A stretch of DNA of 64,000 bases from Verrucomicrobiota bacterium (GTDB lineage: Bacteria > Verrucomicrobiota > Verrucomicrobiia > Opitutales > Cerasicoccaceae). The position numbers were made by a program, and so were the translations under genes. Under the pieces are notes generated by a model, which was given only the letters and a program-made list of their open reading frames with translations, was not told where the DNA came from and made no database searches. Of this stretch, positions 47,768 to 57,424 are shown in pieces; positions within the stretch are counted from its first letter, which is position 1; every line of letters starts with the position of its first letter. Location: NCBI GenBank assembly GCA_039818205.1, contig JBCBUK010000005.1:64001-128000 (forward strand). Direction: 5' to 3'.

Positions 47768-48462
47768 GCGGACTTTCTCCGCCTCAGGTAGGTGAGAACC
47801 ATCGCAACCCCCACGGCCATTAACACGTAGGTACGCGGTTCCGGGATCGCAAACGTGCTGGTCCCGTAGACGAGATCATCCGAGAGACCAACCTGGCGAT
47901 TCGTGCTCGGGGCAACGGTATCGATTTGGATTCGACTAACCCAGAAATTCGTATTTCCCGGATCGCCAGCAAACCCGACAAATGGGTTGGCCACCCCACT
48001 TAGCTCAAACAGCAGCTCATCTTCGCCGTTGTAGAACTGCGTCAGGGTCTGATCATTCCAAATCCGCTGGATGCCCGCATACTGCTGCGGAGTGTCGAAG
48101 GTGATCTCATACCCGACTCGACCATCGTCCGTGCCCGAGGCGAACGGCGTGCCCACAATCCGCCCCGCACTCGAGGCAAAAAACGAACCAACCACCGGCA
48201 AGCCAGAGGTTGGGGTACCGATCGTGGTGATATTCGATTGAAAACTGACTCCAGGAGCACTCGACAACGAGAAGAAGCGCGTGCCGGAGGTTTCGTTAAA
48301 ATCGACCAGGGTCCCTGAAATTGCTGCCTCCTGTTCGAAAAGGGCCTTTACATCCGCACCGTAGCCGCCGACTCCGAAAGCGTTGACGATCACCACAGCC
48401 TGTGCCCCAGTGGTGCATAGACTTATCGCAGCAAGTGCAGAAATAGTAGCTTTAAAAATCAC
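47764..48462 (-). CDS. PEP-CTERM sorting domain protein
   Basis: C-terminal IPEPRTY, TM helix and RRRK. The signal peptide suggests a GTG start at 48462 (uncertain). Confidence 0.88.
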   Translation of the reverse strand: MIFKATISALAAISLCTTGAQAVVIVNAFGVGGYGADVKALFEQEAAISGTLVDFNETSGTRFFSLSSAPGVSFQSNITTIGTPTSGLPVVGSFFASSAGRIVGTPFASGTDDGRVGYEITFDTPQQYAGIQRIWNDQTLTQFYNGEDELLFELSGVANPFVGFAGDPGNTNFWVSRIQIDTVAPSTNRQVGLSDDLVYGTSTFAIPEPRTYVLMAVGVAMVLTYLRRRKSA

Positions 48463-48575
48463 AGAGTCCCAACCTTGGCGAGAAACCGAAGCTTTTTCAA
48501 GACTAGACCTCAACGACAAGCGAACTTGCTTTTCAGCCATTACCCCCGCATAAAGGTGCGTTTTATTGACGGAAT

Positions 48576-49622
48576 ATGAAAGTATTGATCCTTGGCGTTA
48601 ACGGGTTCATTGGCAGTAGTTTGGTTTGGAAAATCCTGACCGAAACGGACTGGGAAGTTTGGGGCATGGACATGTCCGACAACAAACTCGGGGCTTCGAT
48701 CGGCCACGATCGCTTCCACTTTTTCGAAGGCGACATGACCATCAACAAAGAGTGGATCGAATACCACGTGAAGAAGTGCGACGTGGTGGTTCCCCTGGTC
48801 GCCATCGCCACCCCAGCGCTCTACGTCAAAGATCCAATCCGGGTCTATGAACTGGATTTCGAGGCCAATGTCTCGGTGGTTAAAAAGGCTGTCAAATACA
48901 ACAAACGCCTGGTTTTCCCGTCCACCAGCGAAGTCTATGGGCTCGTCCAAGATCGGGAGTTTGACGAGTATACGACCAACATGGTCTACGGCCCAATCCC
49001 CAAACAACGCTGGATCTACGCCACGATCAAACAACTGCTCGACCGCGTAATCTGGGCTTATGGCGAAACTGATGGTCTCGATTTCTCCCTGTTCCGCCCG
49101 TTCAACTTTGTTGGCCCGAAGCTCGATGACGTCAACGACCCCAAAGAAGGCTCGTCCCGCGTCGTCACCCAATTCATCCACAACATCATCACGGGAAAGC
49201 CGATCAAGCTGGTCGATGGCGGCCACCAAAAGCGTTGTTTCACGTTTATTGATGATGGTGTTGACGCGATCCTTCGCATCATTGCCAACGAAGATGGCTG
49301 TGCCTCCGGCCGCATCTTCAACATCGGTAACCCGCAGGAAGAATTTTCCATTCGCGAGCTGGCAGAACTCCTTGTCGAGTTGATCAGCGAATACGATGAC
49401 TATGCGGACCTGGCGAAGAATGTGGTTATCGAAGAAGTATCCAGTGGAGCCTATTATGGCGAAGCTTATCAGGATGTGGTGCACCGCGTGCCAAAAATCG
49501 AGGAAGCCAAAAAGCATTTGAATTGGAAGCCAAAAGCCGACCTGCGGACTGCGCTGAAGCTCACCCTGGACTACCACTTGCGCAACCAGGACTACGAGCT
49601 AAACGCCATGGAAGTCCGCTAG
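48576..49622 (+). CDS. arnA: UDP-glucuronic acid oxidase/decarboxylase (stand-alone ArnA C-terminal domain)
   Basis: ILGVNGFIG, EWIEYHVKKCDVVVPLVAIATP, FPSTSEVYG, RWIY...KQLLDRVIWAYG, FRPFN..GP, GSSRVVTQ. Confidence 0.92.
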   Translation: MKVLILGVNGFIGSSLVWKILTETDWEVWGMDMSDNKLGASIGHDRFHFFEGDMTINKEWIEYHVKKCDVVVPLVAIATPALYVKDPIRVYELDFEANVSVVKKAVKYNKRLVFPSTSEVYGLVQDREFDEYTTNMVYGPIPKQRWIYATIKQLLDRVIWAYGETDGLDFSLFRPFNFVGPKLDDVNDPKEGSSRVVTQFIHNIITGKPIKLVDGGHQKRCFTFIDDGVDAILRIIANEDGCASGRIFNIGNPQEEFSIRELAELLVELISEYDDYADLAKNVVIEEVSSGAYYGEAYQDVVHRVPKIEEAKKHLNWKPKADLRTALKLTLDYHLRNQDYELNAMEVR

Positions 49623-49631
49623 GAGATTGCC

Positions 49632-50570
49632 ATGCGCTTGGCCCTGAAAGTTGATGTCGATACCGATCGCGGAACGCGCGAAGGGATCGAACCCTTAGTT
49701 CGCATCTGTGAAAAACATGGCGCACCGGCGACCTTTCTTTTCTCTCTAGGACCAGACAACACAGGCAAAGCGATCCGGCGCATCTTTCGCCCAGGCTTCC
49801 TGCAAAAAGTCCAGCGCACCAACGTCGCTGGCAATTATGGGCTCCGCACATTACTAAACGGCACGCTGCTTCCCGCACCACAGATTGGTCGGCGAAACGC
49901 CGATCGCATGCGGGCGATTCAACAGGGTGGCTACGCGGTCGGAATCCACTGCTGGGATCATTTCCAATGGCAGGACTACCTGCACCGCATGCCGCTCGAA
50001 GCCATCCAGGATCAATTCGTGCGCGCCGTCGGGATGTTCCAAGAGATCTTTGATACACCGCCTCGCTGCGCCGGGTCACCCGGTTGGCAAAGCAATGCGC
50101 GAAGCCTGGAAGTCTACGATGCGGCTAAGCTGCTTTGGGCGAGCGACGCCCGATGGCAGACTCCATGGCCATCGGCTGATAACCAACAGCCCACCGTGTT
50201 CTATCCCGAAATCGACGGTCGCCGCTTTGACACGCTACACTTTGCCACAACCCTCCCAACCCTCGACGAATTGCTCGGACGCCCAGAGTATCCGGACGAT
50301 ACGATCAACAAGCACCTGATTGATCTCTTGAAGCAAGGAGGCGACCATGTTTTTACCCTTCACGCTGAATTGGAAGGCATGCACTACGCATCGTTATTTG
50401 ATGATTTCCTAGCTCGGGCCAAGGCCGAGGGCGCTGAATTCTATGATCTCAATCAAGAGGCTGAGAAACAAGTATCGGCCCCGGATAGCATTCCGATTTG
50501 CGAAATCATCCAAGGGGAAATCGATGGACGGAGCGGCACACTGGCAGTCCAGCAAAGCTCCGCTCGCTAA
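49632..50570 (+). CDS. arnD: 4-deoxy-4-formamido-L-arabinose-phosphoundecaprenol deformylase
   Basis: LKVDVDTDRGTREG, FSLGPDNTG, LLNGTLLP, HCWDH..WQ, TLPTLDEL, TLHAELEG. Confidence 0.9.
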   Translation: MRLALKVDVDTDRGTREGIEPLVRICEKHGAPATFLFSLGPDNTGKAIRRIFRPGFLQKVQRTNVAGNYGLRTLLNGTLLPAPQIGRRNADRMRAIQQGGYAVGIHCWDHFQWQDYLHRMPLEAIQDQFVRAVGMFQEIFDTPPRCAGSPGWQSNARSLEVYDAAKLLWASDARWQTPWPSADNQQPTVFYPEIDGRRFDTLHFATTLPTLDELLGRPEYPDDTINKHLIDLLKQGGDHVFTLHAELEGMHYASLFDDFLARAKAEGAEFYDLNQEAEKQVSAPDSIPICEIIQGEIDGRSGTLAVQQSSAR

Positions 50571-50576
50571 GTCGCC

Positions 50577-51158
50577 TTATTGAGCGTCTTGATCGAACCC
50601 GCCCTTTTTCACCGCGGTGGCCAGGCTGATCATGGTGATCCCACCCATGAGCAAGTTGACCCCAACAATGATACCGATAAACCACTGCGCCGATATCGGC
50701 CATTGCGAGATAACGATGCCCGCAATGATCAGCCCAAAGATACCATTGAGCAGGATGATGCCACGCCCCGGGATCTGTTTTCCCTGAGCAACGGCGATCA
50801 ATTTACAAACGCCGTCCACCAGATAGAAACCCGCCAGCAGGATCGTCAAAGTCAACACGCCGATAACCGGTTGTGCGATCATCAATCCGCCAGCAATCGC
50901 GGCAAAGACCCCGTTCAACAATGCCCAGATGAAGCCCTTGGCTTGAATGTGTTGAAAGGCGGAGATCGCCTGAAGGATGCCACCAATCAAAAACAACCAA
51001 CCTAAGAAGAGCTCTAGCCCCAGCGAAAACGCGCCGGGCAGCAATACGGCGAGCCCGCCAAGCACGATCATCACGATTCCCGCAACTTGAGCGAAGCCCG
51101 CGTTCTTTTTCAGCGTTTCCGGATCGATCTGCGCAAATGGATTGGTCGGGGAGGACAT
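50577..51158 (-). CDS. HdeD/DUF308 family membrane protein
   Basis: GIVMIVLG..A...P...LFLGW..LIGG...WP....WFIGIIVGVNLL. Confidence 0.88.
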   Translation of the reverse strand: MSSPTNPFAQIDPETLKKNAGFAQVAGIVMIVLGGLAVLLPGAFSLGLELFLGWLFLIGGILQAISAFQHIQAKGFIWALLNGVFAAIAGGLMIAQPVIGVLTLTILLAGFYLVDGVCKLIAVAQGKQIPGRGIILLNGIFGLIIAGIVISQWPISAQWFIGIIVGVNLLMGGITMISLATAVKKGGFDQDAQ

Positions 51159-51246
51159 AGTAAAAATGGTTAGGTTTTGATCGTAAACCAATATAGTGGC
51201 AGCAAATTCACAATCGTCCAATACCTAAGGCAAGATTCTACGACAC

Positions 51247-51519
51247 TTAGCCAACGTTGAGATCCTCAACAAAGCGCGCCTCCCGCGTGACTTGTTCTTT
51301 CTTCACGCTAAGCTGACAAACAATCAGTTCAACCAAGCGCTCCCAGACCTGCTCCTCACCCAATGCCTCAAGCTCTCCTTGCGACTCCAACCGCGAAACA
51401 ACGTAGTCATAGAGATCGCCAACTGTGAAGAGCTTTTCACCAACGGATTCCGGAATCTCCTCGCCCGAGAAAAACTCCTCCTCGACCGCCATAATCAACT
51501 CGACTCCATCAAGACCCAT
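51247..51519 (-). CDS. Acyl-carrier-protein-like protein, circularly permuted
   Basis: N-terminal LDGVELIMAVEEEF...TVGDLYDYV (second half of ACP) followed by VWERLVELIVCQLSVKKEQVTREARFVEDL (first half of ACP). Confidence 0.8.
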   Translation of the reverse strand: MGLDGVELIMAVEEEFFSGEEIPESVGEKLFTVGDLYDYVVSRLESQGELEALGEEQVWERLVELIVCQLSVKKEQVTREARFVEDLNVG

Positions 51520-51537
51520 TTCAACCGTTTCTTTACC

Positions 51538-52875
51538 TCAATTGAATCGCATCTGGCTGCGTGGAATCGTTTGAGTCCAGAGTTGGCCTCCCAAGGTGTT
51601 GAACACCGAAATCGTAATTTGGCGATCTCCTTCAGCTCCATGAAAACGCATGGTCGCAAACTGACGAGTGAAAGTCGATGTACTGGGCACGCGGTAGAAA
51701 TTGAGCTCACGGGTTTTCTCCGCGGGACGGTCGGTCAGAGGCCCCAACGTCAGCTCATAAAGATCTGGTGCATTGGCGCGAACCATCTTGGTAAACTCTC
51801 CAAAATCCTTTCCGCCCGCGACAAAGATCAGACCTTCGATTTTATCATCCTTGAGCTTGTCTATCATGCGTTCCTGCTCCGGCTTGGCCATGCGCAGGTT
51901 GCGCGGAATCTCAACTGGGCTCAGCGCAGGAGTACCCGAAACAACGACCTTAAAGGTGGCATCACTTTGGCGCAAGCTGCGGCGCAGCCACTCAAGCTGC
52001 TCGTCCCCGAATACCTTCTTTTGCTTAGGCACCGTATGGTCAAGATCCCGGTTAGTGCGGTCATCAAGAATGTAGAATTCTGCGTCGCCGTAGCGAACCA
52101 CAGTCGCCATTCCGTCGACGCTCTGTGGCGATGATGGGTTGGCCCAAAACAGATCGAAAACCTCCTGCGCGCTTCCGAGGTTGTTAAAGTGTTTTCCATT
52201 GTTGGTTGGGCCAAACTCGCCCTGACTAAAGGCGGCGACTTGGGGCACCTTCGCCAACAGCGGCTGAAGCTCGGGTTGCTTTCGATTGAAACTGTAGCGC
52301 TCGATCATGCCTTCGCGAGAACCCCAATCGGGTTCGCGAAGGTTAACCGCATCGCCTGCCCAAAGCATGAAAGCTGGATCCTTCGCAAGGATTGCGAGGA
52401 AAATGTCGTAGCCATCGCCAGGACTGCGATTGAGTGGATCGTAAAGCTCGTCATTGACCCGGTTATCACTGCCCAAAGCAATGGTGAAATCCGGTGGTGG
52501 AGCCCGGTCCGTGAAAAAAGGTGTCGTTGAAAACTCCGTTGCGTGGTCCGACTGAACAGCGGTTCCGTTGATCACAACGGAATACTCATAGGTCGTTCCT
52601 GGAACTAACGGCGCCGCGGCTGCCTCGGCAACAAAGCCGTTGGCTTGTTGCGTCTCAACCGTTGGCGTCTGATTGCGCTGACCGGGATAACCTTTTGGCC
52701 AGTAGGCGAAGGAGACCTTGGCTGGTGCATCTGTCTGCACCCACAGCGAAATTGCTCGCATCTCGGGCGCACCGACCATGGGACCAGCCACAATTTTAGC
52801 CGCGTTCAGGGAAGAAAAAACGGCCAACAAAGTAACCGTGACGAGGAGTAATGATCGATGATAACAAGCCAACAT
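51538..52875 (-). CDS. Alkaline phosphatase D family protein
   Basis: Signal peptide, GPMVG FN3-like N-domain, MLWAGDAV, ILDDR, QLEWL...ATFKVVVSG. Several metal ligands look divergent. Confidence 0.8.
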   Translation of the reverse strand: MLACYHRSLLLVTVTLLAVFSSLNAAKIVAGPMVGAPEMRAISLWVQTDAPAKVSFAYWPKGYPGQRNQTPTVETQQANGFVAEAAAAPLVPGTTYEYSVVINGTAVQSDHATEFSTTPFFTDRAPPPDFTIALGSDNRVNDELYDPLNRSPGDGYDIFLAILAKDPAFMLWAGDAVNLREPDWGSREGMIERYSFNRKQPELQPLLAKVPQVAAFSQGEFGPTNNGKHFNNLGSAQEVFDLFWANPSSPQSVDGMATVVRYGDAEFYILDDRTNRDLDHTVPKQKKVFGDEQLEWLRRSLRQSDATFKVVVSGTPALSPVEIPRNLRMAKPEQERMIDKLKDDKIEGLIFVAGGKDFGEFTKMVRANAPDLYELTLGPLTDRPAEKTRELNFYRVPSTSTFTRQFATMRFHGAEGDRQITISVFNTLGGQLWTQTIPRSQMRFN

Positions 52876-52939
52876 ATCGATGCCGCCAGACTCAGTGAGC
52901 CGAGTAAACGGGTCAAGCTAAAGCCGCATCGGCAACAAG

Positions 52940-53683
52940 CTATTGGCCTGGCGGTGGTGGGCGATTCTGGTTACCCCGCGAACCTTGGCCTTCTCGAGGC
53001 CGATTGACTCGGTATTCTTTGCGTCGCTTGTCGTCGCGATCGTCGCGTATTTCGGGCAAATTTCCTAAGTCATCCTGTTCGCGAGCCTGATCAACCAAGC
53101 CAGCGATAAACTGTTGCCGCTCCTCGCGTTCCATCCCCACGATCGTTTTTCGGATCTCCATGCTTTCTTCGCGAGGCAGGCTCATCATGTAGCGATGGAG
53201 CACATGGCGATCTTCGCGAGACATCTTCTTCCAGTGGCGATGGGCGTCGCGAATCTTAGCAATTTTTTCTTCGTGCATCCCACGAAACGAGCGAATCCTT
53301 TCCCGCAAGGCCTCCTTCTCAGCATCACTCATGCTTTCAACGCGCTCAATCGCTACCCGAATTCGGGCAAGCTGCTCGGGAGGCATCTCTAAGAAACGCT
53401 CTAACGCATGCAGTTGTTCCATTTGCGCTTGGCCATCTTTGGCGTCGAGCGGCTCAAAGAGCAGATCGGGATCAATGTCCTGCAAGCTGTCCCCGGTTTG
53501 CAACCGCTCCGGGGCCGGTGGCGGCGGAGCGGATTCAGTCTCGCTCACTGGCTTCTGTGGTCGCCCACCAAACGGATCCTTGAGCTCCGGATACCGGCGA
53601 TCCGCCAGCAAGCTCGAGGCCACACCCAAGACCGCGGCCAAGAGGCCGATTTGGAGTGTGCGTAACTGGATTCGTTTGGACAT
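52940..53683 (-). CDS. Exported helical protein (DUF3106-like), third gene of the ECF operon
   Basis: Signal peptide; repeated MPPEQ/MSDAEK/MSREDR/LPREE motifs. Confidence 0.6.
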   Translation of the reverse strand: MSKRIQLRTLQIGLLAAVLGVASSLLADRRYPELKDPFGGRPQKPVSETESAPPPPAPERLQTGDSLQDIDPDLLFEPLDAKDGQAQMEQLHALERFLEMPPEQLARIRVAIERVESMSDAEKEALRERIRSFRGMHEEKIAKIRDAHRHWKKMSREDRHVLHRYMMSLPREESMEIRKTIVGMEREERQQFIAGLVDQAREQDDLGNLPEIRDDRDDKRRKEYRVNRPREGQGSRGNQNRPPPPGQ

Positions 53684-53689
53684 GGTTGG

Positions 53690-54349
53690 TTAATTCAAAA
53701 AGCTACTCAGGGCGTTGAGGGTTTCGACATCGGCCAAAATCAAGGCATCACCCAGGGCCTCGTCCATCGTTAAAACAGATTCGTATTCAACAACTTCCGA
53801 GCCATCAGGAACGACGACATCATTGAACCCAGCGACTAGGGTATCATCATTTGATAGACCCTCTAATGGCAAAGGAGCCTCGACGATCACTTCGACTTCT
53901 TCGGGGATTGCTTCCGGCTGAGTATCCACGGTCTGGGGAGCCTCAACACCGATTCCGCTATCAGCAATCTCCGTCGAAGCACCCTGTGCCCGCTGGTCTT
54001 TGGCGTAATCGAACAGGGTCACAAAAGAAAAGATCCCGAGAACCATTGCTGCCGCGATACCACCAATGGCGATCGTCCAAGAAGGGAAGCCAACGACTTT
54101 GTCGTCTTCCGGCTCAGAGGAATCGGCGACTGCTGCCGCGACCACCTGATCTGCAAACCCCTGACTTGGAACCACTTCCTGAGACTCGAGCATAAAGTCG
54201 AGCTCCTCATCGAACGCCGCCTCATCCAGCCTATCGGACTCCGCTTCCAAGCGGTCCAAAGTCCGGTCAGCCAGGTCTTTGGACGGCTTGGGAAGCCGAG
54301 CAGCAAAGAGCTCGTCGAGCGGGTCTGGATTCTGGTCAGGTGTTTTCAT
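53690..54349 (-). CDS. Putative anti-sigma factor (single TM)
   Basis: Downstream of the ECF sigma gene; DPLDELF...PSKDLADR and PSQGFADQVV N-terminal motifs, then a TM helix. Confidence 0.6.
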   Translation of the reverse strand: MKTPDQNPDPLDELFAARLPKPSKDLADRTLDRLEAESDRLDEAAFDEELDFMLESQEVVPSQGFADQVVAAAVADSSEPEDDKVVGFPSWTIAIGGIAAAMVLGIFSFVTLFDYAKDQRAQGASTEIADSGIGVEAPQTVDTQPEAIPEEVEVIVEAPLPLEGLSNDDTLVAGFNDVVVPDGSEVVEYESVLTMDEALGDALILADVETLNALSSFLN

Positions 54350-54440
54350 GAGTGATCGTTAATATGGCAAACGCAGGGCGATATAAAAAGTTTCAAATTT
54401 TCGAGATATTTCGCGGCTATAAGGGTGAAAATTGTGGCTA

Positions 54441-55025
54441 TTAGTGATCGTTGGATTGGTAGAAATCGGACAGTTCTTCCTTTAGCTTTTGTCGTGCCCG
54501 ATGGATCCAGCTTTTGACCGCTGACTCCGACGCCTCCATGGATTTGGCGATTTCCTCGTAACTAAGCTGTTGCTGCTTGAGAAGCAAAATGGCGGTCCGT
54601 TGTTTTTCGGGGAGCTTTTCCAAGGCCTTGGCGAAGGCTTCTTCGAGCTCGAGCAACCGCAGTTTGTCACGACCCGGCGTGCTTGCATGCAGATCGGCGG
54701 GATCAACCGTGTCCAACGGTTTGCGCCCCTGGCGGCGAAACTCATTGATCAAAACGCGACGCGCAATGTGGAAGAGATAGGTGGAGAATTTTGCCGTAGG
54801 CTGATAACGATCGGCCGCCCGATAAATGCGGATAAACACCGTTTGCGCGAGATCTTCCGAAGATTCAACCGAACGCAGCGAACGATAGAAAAAATTGATC
54901 AGTGGCCCCTGCCAATGTTCGATCAGCTCCCGTAGCGCCGCCTGATCCCCCTGCGCGACTTTCATCATCAACGCGGCATCGGGGTCTAGCTTTGTCTCAT
55001 CTGGCACGGGCACCTCATTCGACAT
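54441..55025 (-). CDS. ECF RNA polymerase sigma-70 factor
   Basis: DAALM...GD..A..EL, EDLAQTVFIRIY, FSTYLFHIARR, LPEKQRTAILL...LSYEEIA...AVKSWIHRAR; start uncertain. Confidence 0.95.
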   Translation of the reverse strand: MSNEVPVPDETKLDPDAALMMKVAQGDQAALRELIEHWQGPLINFFYRSLRSVESSEDLAQTVFIRIYRAADRYQPTAKFSTYLFHIARRVLINEFRRQGRKPLDTVDPADLHASTPGRDKLRLLELEEAFAKALEKLPEKQRTAILLLKQQQLSYEEIAKSMEASESAVKSWIHRARQKLKEELSDFYQSNDH

Positions 55026-55215
55026 GGCACGCATCTTAGAGGAGCCTTGAGTCGATTGCCAAGCGGGAAGCTCGCTCGATATCGCAGGATTCACATATCG
55101 GTTAACCCGCCTTCGGAGAGAAAGTTGCAAACCCGCCGAAAACTTCTCCCAGGAACCGAATCGGTCCGGCACGACATCAGTTGACGTGACCCAGGCCAAT
55201 CAAACACGCCTCGAA

Positions 55216-55485
55216 CTACAGGCTATCAGCGACGTCTTCGACCCGTTCGCCAACGCCATCGGCCTTTTGCTCCAGATCGTCCGCCTTGTCCTCAACGTTG
55301 ACTTGCTTTCGGCCCAACGGATCTTGCATCCCAGTCGCCTCTTGCAATTCGCCCATCACTGGCCCGGTCTCGGTGGTTCGTTTACGGGCCGCACGTGCAG
55401 CGGCCATCGGCCAGGTTTCACACCCGACAAAGCAAAGCGTCAGGAGAATCAAAACAGGCGTGGTCAGTGAGCGTCGTTTCTTCAT
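55216..55485 (-). CDS. Small putative lipoprotein
   Basis: MKKRR, hydrophobic stretch and FVGC lipobox-like motif; directly follows the SLC13 stop. Confidence 0.6.
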   Translation of the reverse strand: MKKRRSLTTPVLILLTLCFVGCETWPMAAARAARKRTTETGPVMGELQEATGMQDPLGRKQVNVEDKADDLEQKADGVGERVEDVADSL

Positions 55486-55487
55486 CC

Positions 55488-57302
55488 TTAGAATTTCCAA
55501 ATGAGCGGTATAATTGCGACCGATACCACGAAATAAAGCAAATTCAGCGGAATCCCGACCTTGGCAAAATCAGAAAAGCGGTAGCCGCCCACACTATAAA
55601 CGTAAGTGTTGGTCTGGTAACCAATGGGCGTTGCAAAACTGGCGGATGAGGCCACACAAACCGCAATCGCAAAAGGTCGCGCATCAAGGCCAAGCGCTGC
55701 CGCGATCCCAATCGCCACCGGGGCCATCAACACGACCGTCGCGTTGTTGGAGAGAAATTCCGTGCAAATACTTGAGGCTAAGTAAACCAGCGCGAGCATG
55801 ACAAATGGCTGCGCACTTGGTGGAACGATCGATGACATCTCCACCAACTGATCGGCGACCATCCCCGTCGCCCCGCTATCTTCTAAGGCTTCACCCAGAG
55901 CGAGCATGCCGTAAATAAGCATGAGGATACGCCACTCCACCGAGGCATAGGCTTCCTTGGGCTTCACGATACCCAGAACCAAAATCGTGGCCACGACGGC
56001 AACCGAACCCGCGACAATCGGTAACTGAATGAAGCTAACCGCGGCGATCATCGCAATGACCAAGCCAACGACCAGCGGAAGCCACTTCTTGAGATTCTTA
56101 GCGGATACAGGTGGACGATCGAGCAGGATGATATCGTCGCTGCTACGCAAATTCTCGATCGCTTGATCCGTGCCCATCATAAGCAGGGTGTCGCCGAAAT
56201 CGAGCGGCAAGGTTTCCAGGCGCTCCCGCACGTTCCGTCCATGGCGGTGGACAGCGATGATGATCATCCGATAGCGTTGGCGGAAATTAATCTCTTGGAT
56301 GTTCTTGCCCACAATCGTGGACATCGGCCCGATCACGCCCTCCACAATCGCACCTTGGTGAGCGGCGATTTGCTCCAAATCCAGACCGCGCTCATGAACA
56401 AAGTCGATACCCTCGGTCGCCGAGGCGGATGCCAGGCTTGATGGGCGGCAGGACAGAACCAGGCGGTCCCCTTCTTCAAGCTTCGCTTGCTGAATGTTAC
56501 CGCGCACCGCAACACCGTCCCGGATAATCTCCATCAGCTTGAGCCCGCGCGCCTTCTTGAGGGCGGACTCCTTGAAGCTCTGGCCAACCAGGTCGGAATC
56601 GGGCTTCACGAAGGCTTCGGTAATGAATTCGCGCCGTTCCTCTTCTGAAAGGATTGCAGTCAAAGTTTCACGAACTGGGAGCAATTTCGGCCCGAATACG
56701 ACCAGGAAGAATGTCGCCACAAAGAGCAGCGGCAGACCAACCCAGGTGAGCTCAAACATGCCGAGCGGTGCCATATCGTAGTCCCGCAACATCTCACTCA
56801 TTAGGATGTTGGTGCTGGTACCCATGAGCGTACATACACCGCCAAAAATCGAGGCATATGAAAGCGGGATGAGCAGCTTGGACGCCGGCGTATCCATCTT
56901 GCGGGCAAGGCCGATCACCACGGGCATCAACACGACAACCACTGGGGTGTTGTTCATGAAAGCCGACACGAAGGCGACCGAGAAAATCATGATCACCAGA
57001 AACACACGCATCCGCAGCTTGGCCAAGCGCCCGAGCGCATCCGCCATCAGATCAATCGCCCCAACCTTCTCGAGCGATAAACTGATGATGAACATCGCCC
57101 CAATCGTTAACGGAGCGGGATTGGCGAAGACTCCGATCAGCTCATCCAAGGTCGGCAACTTGTCCGACCGAGTCACCATACTCACGAGCATCAAAATGCC
57201 GAATACCGCGATCGCGGTAACATCAACCGGGAGCTTTTCCAGGATGAAGCTAGCAATCGCGAAGACCAAAACGGCCACGACAAATATGATCTCCCAAGAC
57301 AT
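55488..57302 (-). CDS. SLC13/CitMHS-type permease with TrkA-C domains
   Basis: SAFMNNTPVV, SKLLIPLSYASIFGGVCTLMGTSTN, SNNAT, SASFATPIGYQTN, GGYRFSDF. Confidence 0.95.
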   Translation of the reverse strand: MSWEIIFVVAVLVFAIASFILEKLPVDVTAIAVFGILMLVSMVTRSDKLPTLDELIGVFANPAPLTIGAMFIISLSLEKVGAIDLMADALGRLAKLRMRVFLVIMIFSVAFVSAFMNNTPVVVVLMPVVIGLARKMDTPASKLLIPLSYASIFGGVCTLMGTSTNILMSEMLRDYDMAPLGMFELTWVGLPLLFVATFFLVVFGPKLLPVRETLTAILSEEERREFITEAFVKPDSDLVGQSFKESALKKARGLKLMEIIRDGVAVRGNIQQAKLEEGDRLVLSCRPSSLASASATEGIDFVHERGLDLEQIAAHQGAIVEGVIGPMSTIVGKNIQEINFRQRYRMIIIAVHRHGRNVRERLETLPLDFGDTLLMMGTDQAIENLRSSDDIILLDRPPVSAKNLKKWLPLVVGLVIAMIAAVSFIQLPIVAGSVAVVATILVLGIVKPKEAYASVEWRILMLIYGMLALGEALEDSGATGMVADQLVEMSSIVPPSAQPFVMLALVYLASSICTEFLSNNATVVLMAPVAIGIAAALGLDARPFAIAVCVASSASFATPIGYQTNTYVYSVGGYRFSDFAKVGIPLNLLYFVVSVAIIPLIWKF

Positions 57303-57424
57303 GGGTAAGGTGTATTAATTCCGAATGAGTAAATTGGGCAGGTGAAAAAACCGATAACTACTATACATTTCACCCTCGGCGTAAAGCCTCGAAAATTGGC
57401 CCAGCATGGGTCAACTTGACCCAC

